A stretch of DNA of 64,000 bases from Octopus sinensis (Eukaryota), in contig NC_043007.1 in the NCBI RefSeq assembly GCF_006345805.1, positions 15,562,001-15,626,000 on the forward strand, in the 5' to 3' direction. Below, piece by piece: positions 48,186 to 60,107 of the stretch. The translations under genes and the position numbers were made by a program. Numbering within the stretch: position 1 is the stretch's first letter; every line of letters starts with the position of its first letter. The notes beneath the pieces are model-generated. The model was not told the DNA's origin. It saw nothing but the letters and a program-made list of their open reading frames with translations, and made no database searches.

Positions 48186-48978
48186 ACAACAAGCAAGATG
48201 AGGACAAATATCCGTCAAATGTAAATAATGTAAATAATGTACATAATTCCTCATCTCTTAAATATAGAACTGTACTAGTAATAGGGATTAGGATTTTGCG
48301 ATGGAACTTGAGATTAGGGGTTATTGGTAGGTTAACCAGAGATTAATGAGAAGGCTCAGTAGTAGTAGTAGTAGTACTAGTAGTAGTGGTGGTGGTGGTG
48401 GTTGGTGTTGTTCCTTAGATGTACATCAAACCTGATAGGGCAGAAGTATAAACAATGAAATTTCTAGCCGTGACCATTCCGTCGTTTTTCATATGGATTG
48501 AGAAGTTGAGGGAGATAAAAAGTTCGGGCGAATATACAGAGACTTCTCGTTGCCTAGGCTTAATGATAGCGTTTGTTGATAGGGTTTAGTTGCAGAGTCT
48601 GGATTGAAAAGGGCCACAATATTTAACTATGCTGCCCCCCCCCCCATATCGTATCCATTTGTCATCTGTAGCGTAGCGAGGAGGTGACACTTTTATGGGG
48701 GGGGGGAGCAAACACGCACACATACACTGACCTACGATAAAATAAAATTCCTACGATAAGATAACATAAATGAAGGGCACTTTTGGCCTACTGTATAAGC
48801 CTGTATTAGCCCCCAAGGGCTCAACAGAAGTGGGATGGAAGACAAGCTCAAGGGCTGCTCCGGACGGCACACATTCTAGTTACGTCACAGGATATCAGCC
48901 ATTTTAAAGTGAACTTCACTGTCTTTAACTTTGTGACTCAATGGAGACCACATGGTACATAAAAATTATATAAGCATA

Positions 48979-49145
48979 GGCGCAGGAGTGGCTGTGTGGT
49001 AAGTAGCTTGCTAACCAACCACATGGTTCCGGGTTCAGTCCCACTGCGTGGCATCTTGGGCAAGTGTCTTCTGCTATAGCCCCGGGCCGACCAATGCCTT
49101 GTGAGTGGATTTGGTAGATGGAAACTGAAAGAAGCCTGTCGTATG

Positions 49146-49176
<31 letters not shown>

Positions 49177-49403
49177 TGTGTGTGTGTGTGTATGTGTGTT
49201 TGTGTGTCTGTGTTTGTCCCCCTAGCATTGCTTGACAACCGATGCTGGTGTGTTTACGTCCCCGTCACCTAGCGGTTCGGCAAAAGAGACCGATAGAATA
49301 AGTACTGGGCTTAATAAGTCCCGGGGTCGATTTGCTCGACTAAAGGCGGTGCTCCAGCATGGCCGCAGTCAAATAACTGAAACAAGTAAAAGAGTAAAAG
49401 AGT
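48979..49403 (+). mobile_element. SINE family B, full length
   Basis: Colinear with 45271-45670 at high identity. Confidence 0.95.
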
Positions 49404-49556
49404 ATATAAAATTACCGGTGAACTTCGTCAGTAAAGTTAATAAAGTATTTTAAAGTTAAAAACAAATCTAGCAAAAACGAAAATCCTTTACAAATTTCTT
49501 GATAATGTTTATTATAGTCATGTTTACAAAGTCATAAATAACATATTTTTCATTAT

Positions 49557-49944
49557 ACTCTTTTACTTGTTTCAGTCATTCGACAGTGGCCATGCTGGAG
49601 CATTGCCTTTAGTCGAGCAAATCGACCCCAGGACTTATTCTTTGTAAGCCTTGTACTTATTCTATTTTACCGAATCGCTAGGTTACGGGGACGTAAAAAC
49701 ACCAGCATCGGTTATCAAGCGATGTTGGGGGTCAAACACAGACACACAAACACACACATATATATACATATACATATATACGACGGGCTTCTTTCAGTTT
49801 CCGTCTACCAAATCCACTCAGAAGGCTTTGGTTGGCCTAAGGCTGTAGCAGAAGACACTTGGCCAAGGTGCCACGCAGTGCGACTGAATCCGGAATTATG
49901 TGGTTCGTAAGCAAGCTGCTTACCACACAGCCACTCCTGCGCCT
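49557..49944 (-). mobile_element. SINE family B, near full length
   Basis: Ends CCACACAGCCACTCCTGCGCCT and lies tail-to-tail with 48979-49403. Confidence 0.95.
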
Positions 49945-50014
49945 ATAAGCGTAGGTGTTGCTGTGTGGAGTGGCTGTAATATAATACTCAAGTATTATAT
50001 TACTATTTTATTTG

Positions 50015-50352
50015 TTTCAGCTATTTTACTGCACCATGCTAGAGTACCACGTTTAGTCGATCAAATCAACCGACGATCTTATCCTTTGTAAGCCTAATAC
50101 TTATACTATTGCTCTCTTTTGTCAAGCTATGGTGGGAGGGGGTGACAAATCCAGACACACTAACATATATATATATATATATGTATATGTCCAACGACTT
50201 CTTTCAGTTTCCGTCTACCAAATCCACTCACAAAGCATCGGTCGGCCCGAGGCTATAGCAGTAGATACTTGTCCAAGGTGCCATACAGTGGGACTGCACC
50301 CGGAAGCATGTGGCTGGTAAGCAAGCTACTTACCACACAGCCACTCCTACAC
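50015..50352 (-). mobile_element. SINE family B, internally deleted
   Basis: GTTTCAGCTATTTTACTGCACCATGCTAGAG...CTACTTACCACACAGCCACTCCTACACC. Confidence 0.85.
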
Positions 50353-50399
50353 CTTGAATTTTTTTTAAAGTTTAGGATTATTATTATTTTCATAATCTA

Positions 50400-50610
50400 G
50401 GGCGGCGAACTGGCAGGAACACGCCGGACAAAATGCTTAGCAGTATTTCGTCCGCCATTATGTTCTGAGTTCAAATTCCGAGGTCGACTTTGCTCTTTAT
50501 CCTTTCTGAGTCGATAAAACAAGTACCAGTCGAGCACTGGAATGGTGGTGACGTAATCGACTTACCACACCCACATAATTACTGGCATTGTGCCAAAAAT
50601 TGAAATTATT
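50400..50610 (+). mobile_element. SINE family A (short-tail variant)
   Basis: GGGCGGCGAACTGGCAGG...GAGTTCAAATTCC...CTGGCATTGTGCCAAAAATTGAAA. Confidence 0.88.
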
Positions 50611-50949
50611 ATTGTCATATTCTGCAGAATTCCATGCGATGCACTGTCAGACCACCGCGCATAGGACCAGAATATGAGATGAAGGAGTTTTGACTTCAAT
50701 TTTCATGTGGCGAACGACTGAACGTTGGTTCATGCGTCTTCTCTGTGTTGAATGTACTGTTAAGGGTGGTGGGTGTTATTTGAATCAAAAGGACACCATG
50801 GACTGTCATGTAGAGTTGTTATTGGTGGTGGTGGTGGTTGGTGGTGGTGGTGGTGGTGGTGGTGGTAGCGCTTTTGTTGTCTAGCTCCAAGCCAAACATT
50901 AGTTCAACAGCTCTATCGTTCATTTATCTTCGATTTGGTTCGGTTATTG

Positions 50950-51147
50950 GACAGTAGCAATACTGTGGCATTACCTTGATGGGCTTTAGTTTAACAAATC
51001 CGTCCCAGCACTTATTTTTGCTAAGTTTGGTACTTCCTCTATTGGTCTCTTTGTTATACCGCTAAGTCACAGTGACGTAAATAAAATAACACCAGTTGTT
51101 AAGCGGTGTGGTCAAACAAGCAGTTACGAAGACCAGACACAAACACG

Positions 51148-51196
<49 letters not shown>

Positions 51197-51360
51197 TTAC
51201 GACGAGATTCCACGCAGTTTTCGTCTTCCAAACTCACAAAGCATTTGTCGGCCTTAGACTATAGTAGAAGATACTTCTCCAAGATACAACGCAGTGGAAC
51301 TGAACCTGAAACCTCGTGACTGCAAAACAGCAAAACCGAACTTCTTAGGCACGCAGCAAT
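50950..51360 (-). mobile_element. Old SINE family B copy
   Basis: CCGCTAAGTCACAGTGACGTAAA, (CA)n, ACGACGAG...GACTATAGTAGAAGATACTTCTCCAAG. Confidence 0.7.
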
Positions 51361-52611
51361 GTATGCACCTGTTTGATCAAAATTTTTTCAATGATAAGCG
51401 GTCTAAAATGTTATCGCCATTGTTGCCCACAACTTTCTCTCACTCTTTCTTCCTATTTCTGCCACAAAGCAGAGGAACCATGGTGTAACCCACTATGGTG
51501 TGGTAAACTTTCAGACCCTAGTCTAGATTGCGAATCCTCCTCTGTACCCCAGGATGTTTCAGCTCTCCACTCGTTAAAAGCCACCGTTTACGAAATGACG
51601 GTAACAACGTAGCTTTCGCGCCCGTGCAACCGCCAGTCTATCGCGTGTGGTGGGTGGATCTTCAAGTTGCCACACACATTCGTAGTAGCTTAGAGTAGGC
51701 TCGAATTAGAGATTATTCTTTGTGGCTAATGGCGTGAGTCCTGATTGGTAGCAGAAGAAGAAGAAGAAGAAGAAGAAGAAGAAGAAGAAGAAGAAGAAGA
51801 CAATAACAAGGTCAACGACTAACAACCTGCAGATGTTACTCAAACGTTTGGCATATGTCTTGCCAAACCGAGGATTGGTCAATCTGGGGTTACATAACAA
51901 CAGCGATAACGAAGAATCATTAGATTATATATGTGTGCCAATGCTGAATTGAAGAGAAAAACTGATACAAAATATGAACAAGGATCAAAAGAGGAAACTG
52001 AAGCTAGAAATGATGTAGAAAGAAAGAATAAGAATAAAAGGTAGAAATAACTCAAGAAAACAATTAAAAAATATAAAACAAATATAAGCTTAGAATCTGA
52101 AAGAAAACGAATATTTTGAAAACGGCAAAATTAAAATGCTGGTGAAGGACAAAACATAATGTGAAGAGCTAGAGATAGGTAATGGGTTATAATTATTTCT
52201 GAAGAAATTTAAGAAAAGAATATCGGTAGATCTCAAAGAGATGCAAATATTATTCAAAATAGAAGTATAAAAAGCAAAAAAAAAAACCAACAATAATAGT
52301 TACTGAGAGAAAAGTTACTGCATCAATCGTATGAGCCTATGAATATTTAATAACAAATATTTTTTTCTAATCTGAGAATCCTTCAGAAGTTTAATTCAAT
52401 CGCTGCTCTCATAAAGGCACAACATTGTCAAATCACGGTATGGAAAAAACAAAACAATTTACGGAACTTTAATTATATAGATTTCAAAGACAACTTATAA
52501 GTCTGAACATTTGCTTTGGGGCCTCTGATATCGGCTGCTCTGGGTTACGGGTTATATTGTTTTCGTGCTGGTGGTCAAATCTATTAGTGTACAAGTAATA
52601 TGCATCCTATT

Positions 52612-53020
52612 GAGGGCGGCGAGTCGGCAGAAACGTTAGCTCGCTGGGTGAAATGCGTAGCTGTATTTCGTCTGCCGCTACGTTCTGAGTTCAAATTCCG
52701 CCGAGGTTGACTTTGCCTTTCATCCTTTCGGGGTCGATGAATTAAGTACCAATTATTCACTAGAGTTGATATAATCGACTTAATCCGTTTTTCTGTCCTT
52801 GTAAGTCTTCTCTGTATTTAGCCCTTTGTGGGTAGTAAAGAAATAGGTATTTCGTCTGCCGCTACGTTTTGATTTCAAATTCCACCGAGGTCGACTTTGC
52901 CTTTCATCCTTTCGGTGTCGGTAAATTAAGTATCAGTTGTGTACTGGGGTCGATCTAATCGACTGGCCCCCGCCTCCCCAAAAATTTCGGGCCTTGTGCC
53001 TTGAGTAGAAAAGAATATGC
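52612..53020 (+). mobile_element. SINE family A dimer (long-tail unit followed by short-tail unit)
   Basis: The two cores are joined at AAAGAAATAGGTATTTCGTCTGCC, the same junction as at ~6240. Confidence 0.9.
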
Positions 53021-53104
53021 ATCCTGTTGGAAAAGAATCTCGACATTTTGCCCAACTTTTGCTCAATTGCTTAAAAACAGTCGTTTATATTACACTAGAG
53101 TGGA

Positions 53105-53335
53105 AAATGGCAGCGTACGGGCAGAACTGTTAGCACACCAGGCAAAATGCTTCGCAGATTTTTTTTCGTCCATCAGTACGTTTTGAGTTCAAATTCACCC
53201 GAGGTTGACTTTGCCTTTTATCTTTTCAGGGTCGATAAAATAATTACTAATTGAACACTGAGCTCGTTGTAATCAACTTACCAAGTTCCACTCAAATTGC
53301 TGGCCTTGTGCCAAAATTTGAATCCAATATTAGAC
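53105..53335 (+). mobile_element. SINE family A (short-tail variant), diverged
   Basis: GGCAGAACTGTTAGCACACCAGGC...GAGTTCAAATTCACCCGAGG...TGCTGGCCTTGTGCCAAAATTTGAA. Confidence 0.85.
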
Positions 53336-53990
53336 TGCAGAAACAAATTCATCAAAACTGAAGTTATGATTTCATTAAATCAGATCATTCATGCAAAAAA
53401 ATGTTCGTGCTTTTTGCATATAAAATATTAAGAGTTAAAACAGGATCAACAAACAATATTATATATCATATCAACGGAAAGAGTAACCATAGACTTTATA
53501 ACTCCCCAATCGTGGATAGAGTAGCAGTAATTTTTTTTATTGCTGACGATGAATGTGTTTTAAACGTGACTTAACCGTTTACCCTCGCATGCCAGAAAAT
53601 ACTCTTATCAATTTAAACATACAGAGCTTCCTTTTTATATAATGACAAGCGCATTATTTTGTCCCCATGGAGAATCAGGATTGCAGTCAAGATAAGATTA
53701 AACATTAATTCTGAACTGATTAACAACAATAGGCGCTACGATATCATTACGCTGTTATACAAAGTTACGTAAACAGCAGCAAAATAATAATTCAATCCAC
53801 GTCTGTATGAAGAAAGCGGTTGTCGGATCTCATTTTAAAATTCAGTTAAATAGTTTAATTTCTGTGTGATACCAAATAGAACAGTTCAAAGTTGAACAAC
53901 ATTAAAAACTTACCAATTACCTAGCTACTGCTGTTGGTACTGCAAATAAATCATGTAGGATGTATAGCTATTTTCCTATTTTATTTAAAG

Positions 53991-54058
53991 TATCACCAAG
54001 TAACATAAGAGACCGATACAGCAAGGCCATTGTTGTCAGGGAAACTTTGGAGAGCCAG
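53991..54058 (+). CDS. Candidate 68-nt exon (phase 1-0), product unknown
   Basis: Acceptor TTTTCCTATTTTATTTAAAG| and donor CAG|GTATAT flank the open frame SPSNIRDRYSKAIVVRETLESQ. Confidence 0.15.
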
Positions 54059-54744
54059 GTATATTTACCACTACGATATGCAATTCTTCCTGCTACGAAA
54101 TTACACGTAATCTTATACCCAGAAGACACCCGTTAAACAGAATAGATATTGTGGTATTTAAAATAAAACTGCAAGAATTATTGAATGATATCATGGAAAT
54201 AATATTTGAGGAAATGTTCAGGATTATTGCTTTTCCATTAAATTCTAGAAACGAGAATTATCTCATGCTCATACGTTGAATGGAGGGTTATAAAAAGTTC
54301 AATGACTCATGACAAATAATAGACGTAGTTAAGTGCACAGAAATACCTGATTTGAAGGCTTGGTTAAGAAATGCATTGCTCATGGTCCCTGTGGCAATCT
54401 AACACCGAATGTGCGATGTATGGAAAATAATACAAGTAGTAAATGCTTCTGCAAGGAATTCGGTGAGAATACTGAAGCAAGTGATGACGGTTAACCAATG
54501 TACAAAAGACGACCAAATACCGTTGTGCAAATTATCAACTACACAGATGACTGCGGAAAATTTGTTCCTCGCAGTAAACATTAGTTTCAAGCTTACTTGC
54601 CATATCAGTATAGAAGTACAGTGCTAAAAAATGACTCCAACATTAATAGTAATAAGCCCAACAGTTCAATATCTACTAAATCATTACTGTTCTTGGCAGT
54701 GAGACCCTAGTTACGTCTCCTTCAACTTTAGGCTTTCCTCTAAT

Positions 54745-55125
54745 TGTTTCAGTAATTCGATTGCGGCCATGCAGTTTAATGAGTGAAGCCAGAAATTATT
54801 TTTGTTCTTAAGCCTAGTACTTATTCTATAGATCTCTCTTTTACTGAACGGCTAAGTTACCGTGGACGTAAACACAGCAACACCGGTTGTCAAGTGGTAA
54901 TGGGGGGAAAACACAGACACAAAGACACTCACACATACACACACACACTCACACACACACGACGTGCTTCTTTCCAGTTTCCTTCTACCAAATCCCCTTA
55001 CAAGGCTTTGGTCGACCCGTTGCTAGAGTAGAAGACAATTACGCAAGGTGCTACGCAATGGAACTGAACCCGGAACCATGTGGTTAGGAAGCAAATTTGT
55101 TACCACACAGCCACGCCTTCGCATT
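54745..55125 (-). mobile_element. SINE family B, diverged
   Basis: TGTTTCAGTAATTCGATTGCGGCCATGC...GGAACTGAACCCGGAACCATGTGGTT...TACCACACAGCCAC. Confidence 0.85.
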
Positions 55126-55544
55126 TGTAACCGAGAATATAAAATATATTTCTCCATTTATCCCAAGAGAAGCTTCTCTTCCACATAACTCGCCAAACCC
55201 TTGAAGAACCAACGAGAGAAAAAATATTTGCAGTCGTCCGACACACTGGAAAATTATTCTTGGATGTGCGGCCCTTTCTTCGTCTTCTGCTGCTAAATTC
55301 TCACCTTTTTTCTTTCTTTTCTGTTTCTTCTTTTCCTTGTAATTAAAATGTGATAAATGAGATTGTTAAATATCTAAAATTTAAATATTTAAAAAAGACA
55401 AGGTAGGTCAGAGTTAGAATGCCTGTGGTCACAGCTCAAGTCGATTAAGGCTGATTAGGGCGGAGATAAAGAATAACATCAAGCTGAGAAAGTTCATTAA
55501 GCAATCTCGAATTGCGATGCGTTGTTATATGTACAGGTAAATTG

Positions 55545-55758
55545 ATTAACCTAATTTATTACTGGTAGTAGTCACCTTAGAATATATTCCATCACACCTG
55601 TAGCAGGAATTCGCCGGTAAAGGTAAGGAAGCGGAGGCAGGGTAAGATAGTTCATTGATGAAGTGTAGCAACAGTATTGTGGATGATACAGGTGAAACTG
55701 TTGCAGAGGTAGCATTAGAAAGAACTGTTCTAAAGCGAGCGAAAATAATCAGGTCATA
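55545..55758 (-). pseudogene. Possible decayed non-LTR reverse-transcriptase fragment
   Basis: The minus frame reads ...RTVLSNATSATVSPVSSTILLLHFINELSY..., loosely resembling the SVLSPxLFxxFINDL segment of CR1/L2-type RT. The GVPQG and YADD motifs are absent. Confidence 0.25.
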
Positions 55759-55799
55759 CCTGCCTGGTTTATCAGACGTGACTTAATTGGTTAAAACAG

Positions 55800-55803
55800 T
55801 CAG

Positions 55804-55834
<31 letters not shown>

Positions 55835-56193
55835 ACTTTCTCTTCCTCTGTGTGTGTGTGTTTGTGTACACATAAATCTGTTGTGTGTAAATCAGTTGTC
55901 TATTAATGTGTGCGTGTGTGCGTAAGCATCAGTGGGAAAGGAGAGAGACTGAAATACAGAGAGAAATTGAAAGTGAGAGATAGAAGTGAAAAAGACAATG
56001 ATGTGTTTGTGAGAGACAGAGAGAGAAAGAGGAGAGAAAAAGAGAAAAAAAGAAAGAAAGATGAGGAAAAAAAGATAAATATATTTGTGTGTGTGTGAGA
56101 GAGAGAGAGAAAAAGAGAGAGAGAGAGAGAGAGAGGAGAAAGAGAAAAAAAGAAAGATGAGGAAAAAGAAATAGATATATTTGTGTGTGTGTG

Positions 56194-56226
<33 letters not shown>

Positions 56227-56270
56227 AAGAGAAAAAGAAAGAAAGATGAGGAAAAAGAGATAGATATATT

Positions 56271-56301
<31 letters not shown>

Positions 56302-56359
56302 AGAGAGAAAAAGAAAGAAAGATGAAGAGAAAGAGATAGATATATTTGTGTGTGTGTGT

Positions 56360-56391
<32 letters not shown>

Positions 56392-56921
56392 AAGAGAGAG
56401 GTGAAAGAAAAGAGAAAGGTGTGTTGTGTGTGTGTGTGTGTCAGAAAGAAGGAAGGGAATGTGTGTTTCTGAGTGAAAGTGAAACTGAAAGTAGAGCATG
56501 CAAAAGAAAGAATGTGAATGTGTATAAGAAAGAGAGATAGAAAATGAGAGTGAATATGTACGGTTCAGAAAGAGTATGTGTATAAGAGAAGGGAGAGAGA
56601 GAGAGAGAGAGAGAGAGAGGGGGAGAGAATAAGAGAAAAAGAAAAAAATAGAGAAAGAAAGAAAGAAAGAAGAAGAAAGTGTTCGAGGGACTATGTTTAC
56701 GAATATGCCTGTTTGTGAGTTTGCTTGTTAGAGAGAGTGTGTGTGTGTTTATGACTGAGCTGGTGCATGTGTGTGCGCGCACGTGTATGAGTATGCGCGT
56801 GTGTGTATGTGTGTGCGCGCGCGTGTGTATGTGTACGTATGTGTGTGTGCATGAAAACAGTTGTGCGAGTGCGCATGGTTGTGTGCGCATTTGGGGCTGG
56901 ACGTGAAATATGCCTATATAC

Positions 56922-56952
<31 letters not shown>

Positions 56953-57108
56953 CTTGAGAGGGAGAGAGAAAGAGAGAGGTATTGTATTTGTATGAGAAAG
57001 ATAAGAGATTGTGTGTGCGTGCGCGCGCGTTTTGTTTCTGTAGAAATAGATATATATGTATGTATATTTGTATATGTATATATATATGTGTGTGTGTATG
57101 TATGTATG

Positions 57109-57159
<51 letters not shown>

Positions 57160-57466
57160 TATGAATGAGAGACTGTTTATACATGATAGAGAGAGAGTGT
57201 AAGAGAGAGAGAGAGAGAATATTTGTGTGAAGTACATAATACGAGAGAGTGTGTGTGTTTGTGAAGCTGCACGTGTTACTTTGTGTGCATGTGAGAGTGT
57301 GAATGCCAATGCATATGTTTGTGCGTGTGTGTGTGTGTGCGTGTGCGTGCGTGCGTATCCACCATTTCTATATCTACTTGTGTTCAGCCTCTACTTGTGT
57401 TTACATAGATTTGATGCAGTCGATTTAAGTGCATTTGTGTGTGTGTGTGTATGTGTACACACGTAT

Positions 57467-57506
<40 letters not shown>

Positions 57507-57560
57507 CACTACCACCAAACACTCATACACACACACATACACGCTCGGAAATATATATAT
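55800..57560. repeat. (AG)n/(TG)n/(TA)n field with ~60-70-bp compound units at ~56050-56400
   Basis: GAAAGATGAGGAAAAAGA(G/A)ATAGATATATTTGTGTGTGTG(AG)n is repeated about five times. Confidence 0.9.
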
Positions 57561-58355
57561 TAATAAGTCATAATGGTGTATGCTATGAGCAAACTAATAT
57601 ATAACATATACCCAATTTTATATACATACATTTGTGCATATCTGGGTATTTCTGCGTCTCTCTCTTTTTCTATGAGAGAGAGAAAAAATACATCCAGATA
57701 TTCAATATAAAAAATGCGTTTGTGTGTATGTGTTGTGTGTATGTGTTGTGTGTATGTGTAGTGTGTGTGAACGTGTGTTTGTGCATGTATAGCATTTAGT
57801 TTGTTGTTTTTGCCTCAACTGCTCTTCAAAGGATCGAAGTAGAACCGATACATATATGCACGAATAAACATGAAAAAAGGGAGAGAAATAGAGAGAGACA
57901 GAGACAGAGACAGAGAGATAGGGGTTGACAAAGAACAGAGAGGAGGAAGGAGAAATACTGAGAGGTGAGAGATATTTACAAAATTACACTCAGGTGGAGA
58001 GAGAAAACGAGATGACGATGCTGATGGTGATGATGCTGATGGTGATGATGCATGCTAATGGCGAAGGACAGAAAAGAGGCCAAAACTGAAGGTGTGACAG
58101 AAAGGGTGAAAGCGTAAGAGCAAAAAAAAAAAAAACGAGAAAAGAAAGAGAGACGAAAGAGGGAAACAGAATGAAATCGTGATTCAAGTGAAAAAAACTA
58201 TTCGTGACTTGGTGGCTTGGGTGCCGGGGTTCGAATCCTGGACCGAGCATTCGGGTGTGTACTTGCGGAAGGTACTTTATTTCCCGTTACTTTTCGTCAC
58301 TCAACTAACAATTTGGTGCAGACCTCACCACCACCATCTCTCCCTTTCTCTCTCT

Positions 58356-58398
<43 letters not shown>

Positions 58399-58479
58399 CT
58401 CTGAGCCACATCTTTGAAGTTTTGATGGGTCAATGATGGATGGGTGAGGGTGGGTCTACGTCTCATATCCGATCGCGAG

Positions 58480-58535
58480 AAACGGCTAATATACATATGT
58501 GTGTGTGTATACATACATACATATATATATATATA

Positions 58536-58573
<38 letters not shown>

Positions 58574-58581
58574 TATATATG

Positions 58582-58616
<35 letters not shown>

Positions 58617-58727
58617 GATATATATATATATATGTATATATATAATATATGGTATATATATATATATAATGTATATATATAATATATATATATATATTAT
58701 ATATAGGTATATATATATATATATATA

Positions 58728-58769
<42 letters not shown>

Positions 58770-58814
58770 TATATTATATATATATAATATATATATAATG
58801 TATATGTATAATAT

Positions 58815-58846
<32 letters not shown>

Positions 58847-58938
58847 GTATATGTATATATATATTATGTATATGTATATATATATATATGTACATATGTA
58901 TGTATATACATACATATATTATATATATATATATATCC
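58480..58938. repeat. Imperfect (TA)n array
   Basis: Seen directly. Confidence 0.97.
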
Positions 58939-59399
58939 ACCCTTAGGGGTTAGCCACATTTAAGTGGCAAATATACTTCACGATGTCGTGCAGCTACTGT
59001 TTATACCTGGCTCAGAGATTTATTATTGCTTATTTATATACATATGACAGTGAGAGAAAAAGAAGAGTCAACAAATAAAAGAAAATCCAGGATTGGAAAG
59101 ATTCATGATCAAAATCAGGGGGAAGAAGGTCCGTGGAAGGGGATAGAGGTAGTTACGACGTTTCAACACGTAAGCACACACATACGTACGCGGGCGCGCA
59201 CGCATTACACGATAGTAGTAAAGAGATGAAAGAAGTGTATTTATACTGTAAATTGCTGTCAATCTCTCATCTTGTTTCTCTGGTAGTAGAGTTAGCTTAC
59301 TGCTTTCTTTCGTTGGCGTGGTTTCATAGTAAACCAGAACCAACAAAAATACCAATGAAGATGGCACTAACCCAATCATGCATACATATATCAAAGGAT

Positions 59400-59630
59400 C
59401 AAAGATTCCTCATAAGGCTGGTTTCCCGGTTTCTCTGGCATGTATATTCAACCCTTGGATAGACACCGGTGAGTGACAGGATTACACACTTTTGCCGGCT
59501 CAGTTTACTGGTGCAACATAAAAGGCAGTGCTTTGCTCAATAACACAACACCTCACCAAGTACAGGGATCGAAACCACGACCTTATCAACATGGGTGCAC
59601 CATTCTAATCACTAAATGACACACCTACCC
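59400..59630 (-). mobile_element. Degenerate SINE family D
   Basis: GCTTTGCTCAATAACACAACACCTCACCAAGTACAGGGATCGAAACCACGATCC is the reverse complement of a B-box region and the TTGAGCAAA motif. Confidence 0.55.
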
Positions 59631-59714
59631 ACTTACTTTCATACATGCTCATAAATATGAACATAAACGTACTATTCAATACATCTATTATATTTAATAC
59701 ATCTATTTAATACA

Positions 59715-60107
59715 TCTTTATATATAAAAGTGAAGTTGTGTGTCTGTCTCCTACGATTTAGATTCCTAACTACTCCCACATTTTGCGATGCAGTTTAACC
59801 AAAACCGGGTATCTTATAGTCGTGATTCATATCGAGCCCTTCTGGGTATTAGCGCGCGTCTACAATGAGTCTACGATTTTAAAAATAATTTATTATATTT
59901 TTTCCATTTTAATGCATTTTTTCGCTATTATATAAGGGAAGTAACTCTCTAAAAATGTCTACGATGAGTCAACGATTTAAGAAAAAATTACCATCATTTT
60001 TTTCCATTTTTAATGCATTTTTTGCTATTTTTTGGCTATAACTCTCTAAAAATGCTTATATAGTTATTTCCCTTACAAACCCGAGCAACGCCGGGCGATA
60101 CTGCTAG
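59715..60107 (+). mobile_element. Non-autonomous Helitron, 393 bp
   Basis: A|TCTTTATATATAAAAG...CCCGAGCAACGCCGGGCGATACTGCTAG|T shows TC and CTAG ends, a CCCG/CGGG hairpin and an A|T target. An internal ~95-bp tandem duplication lies at ~59860-60055. Confidence 0.85.

Larger units (their letters stand above)
46886..48273. mobile_element. Head-to-head composite retroposon (tRNA head + (AAT)n + inserted element + PLE-type hammerhead tail) with 13-bp TSD
   Basis: ACTAGTAATAGGG occurs at 46873-46885 and 48274-48286. The left unit runs on the minus strand (47716->46886). The right unit is 5'-truncated on the plus strand (47719->48273). Confidence 0.85.

Noticed and set aside
48630-48710. Small inverted repeat with C-run and G-run arms as a MITE
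   Set aside because: The pairing is mostly homopolymer, and there is no TSD or second copy.
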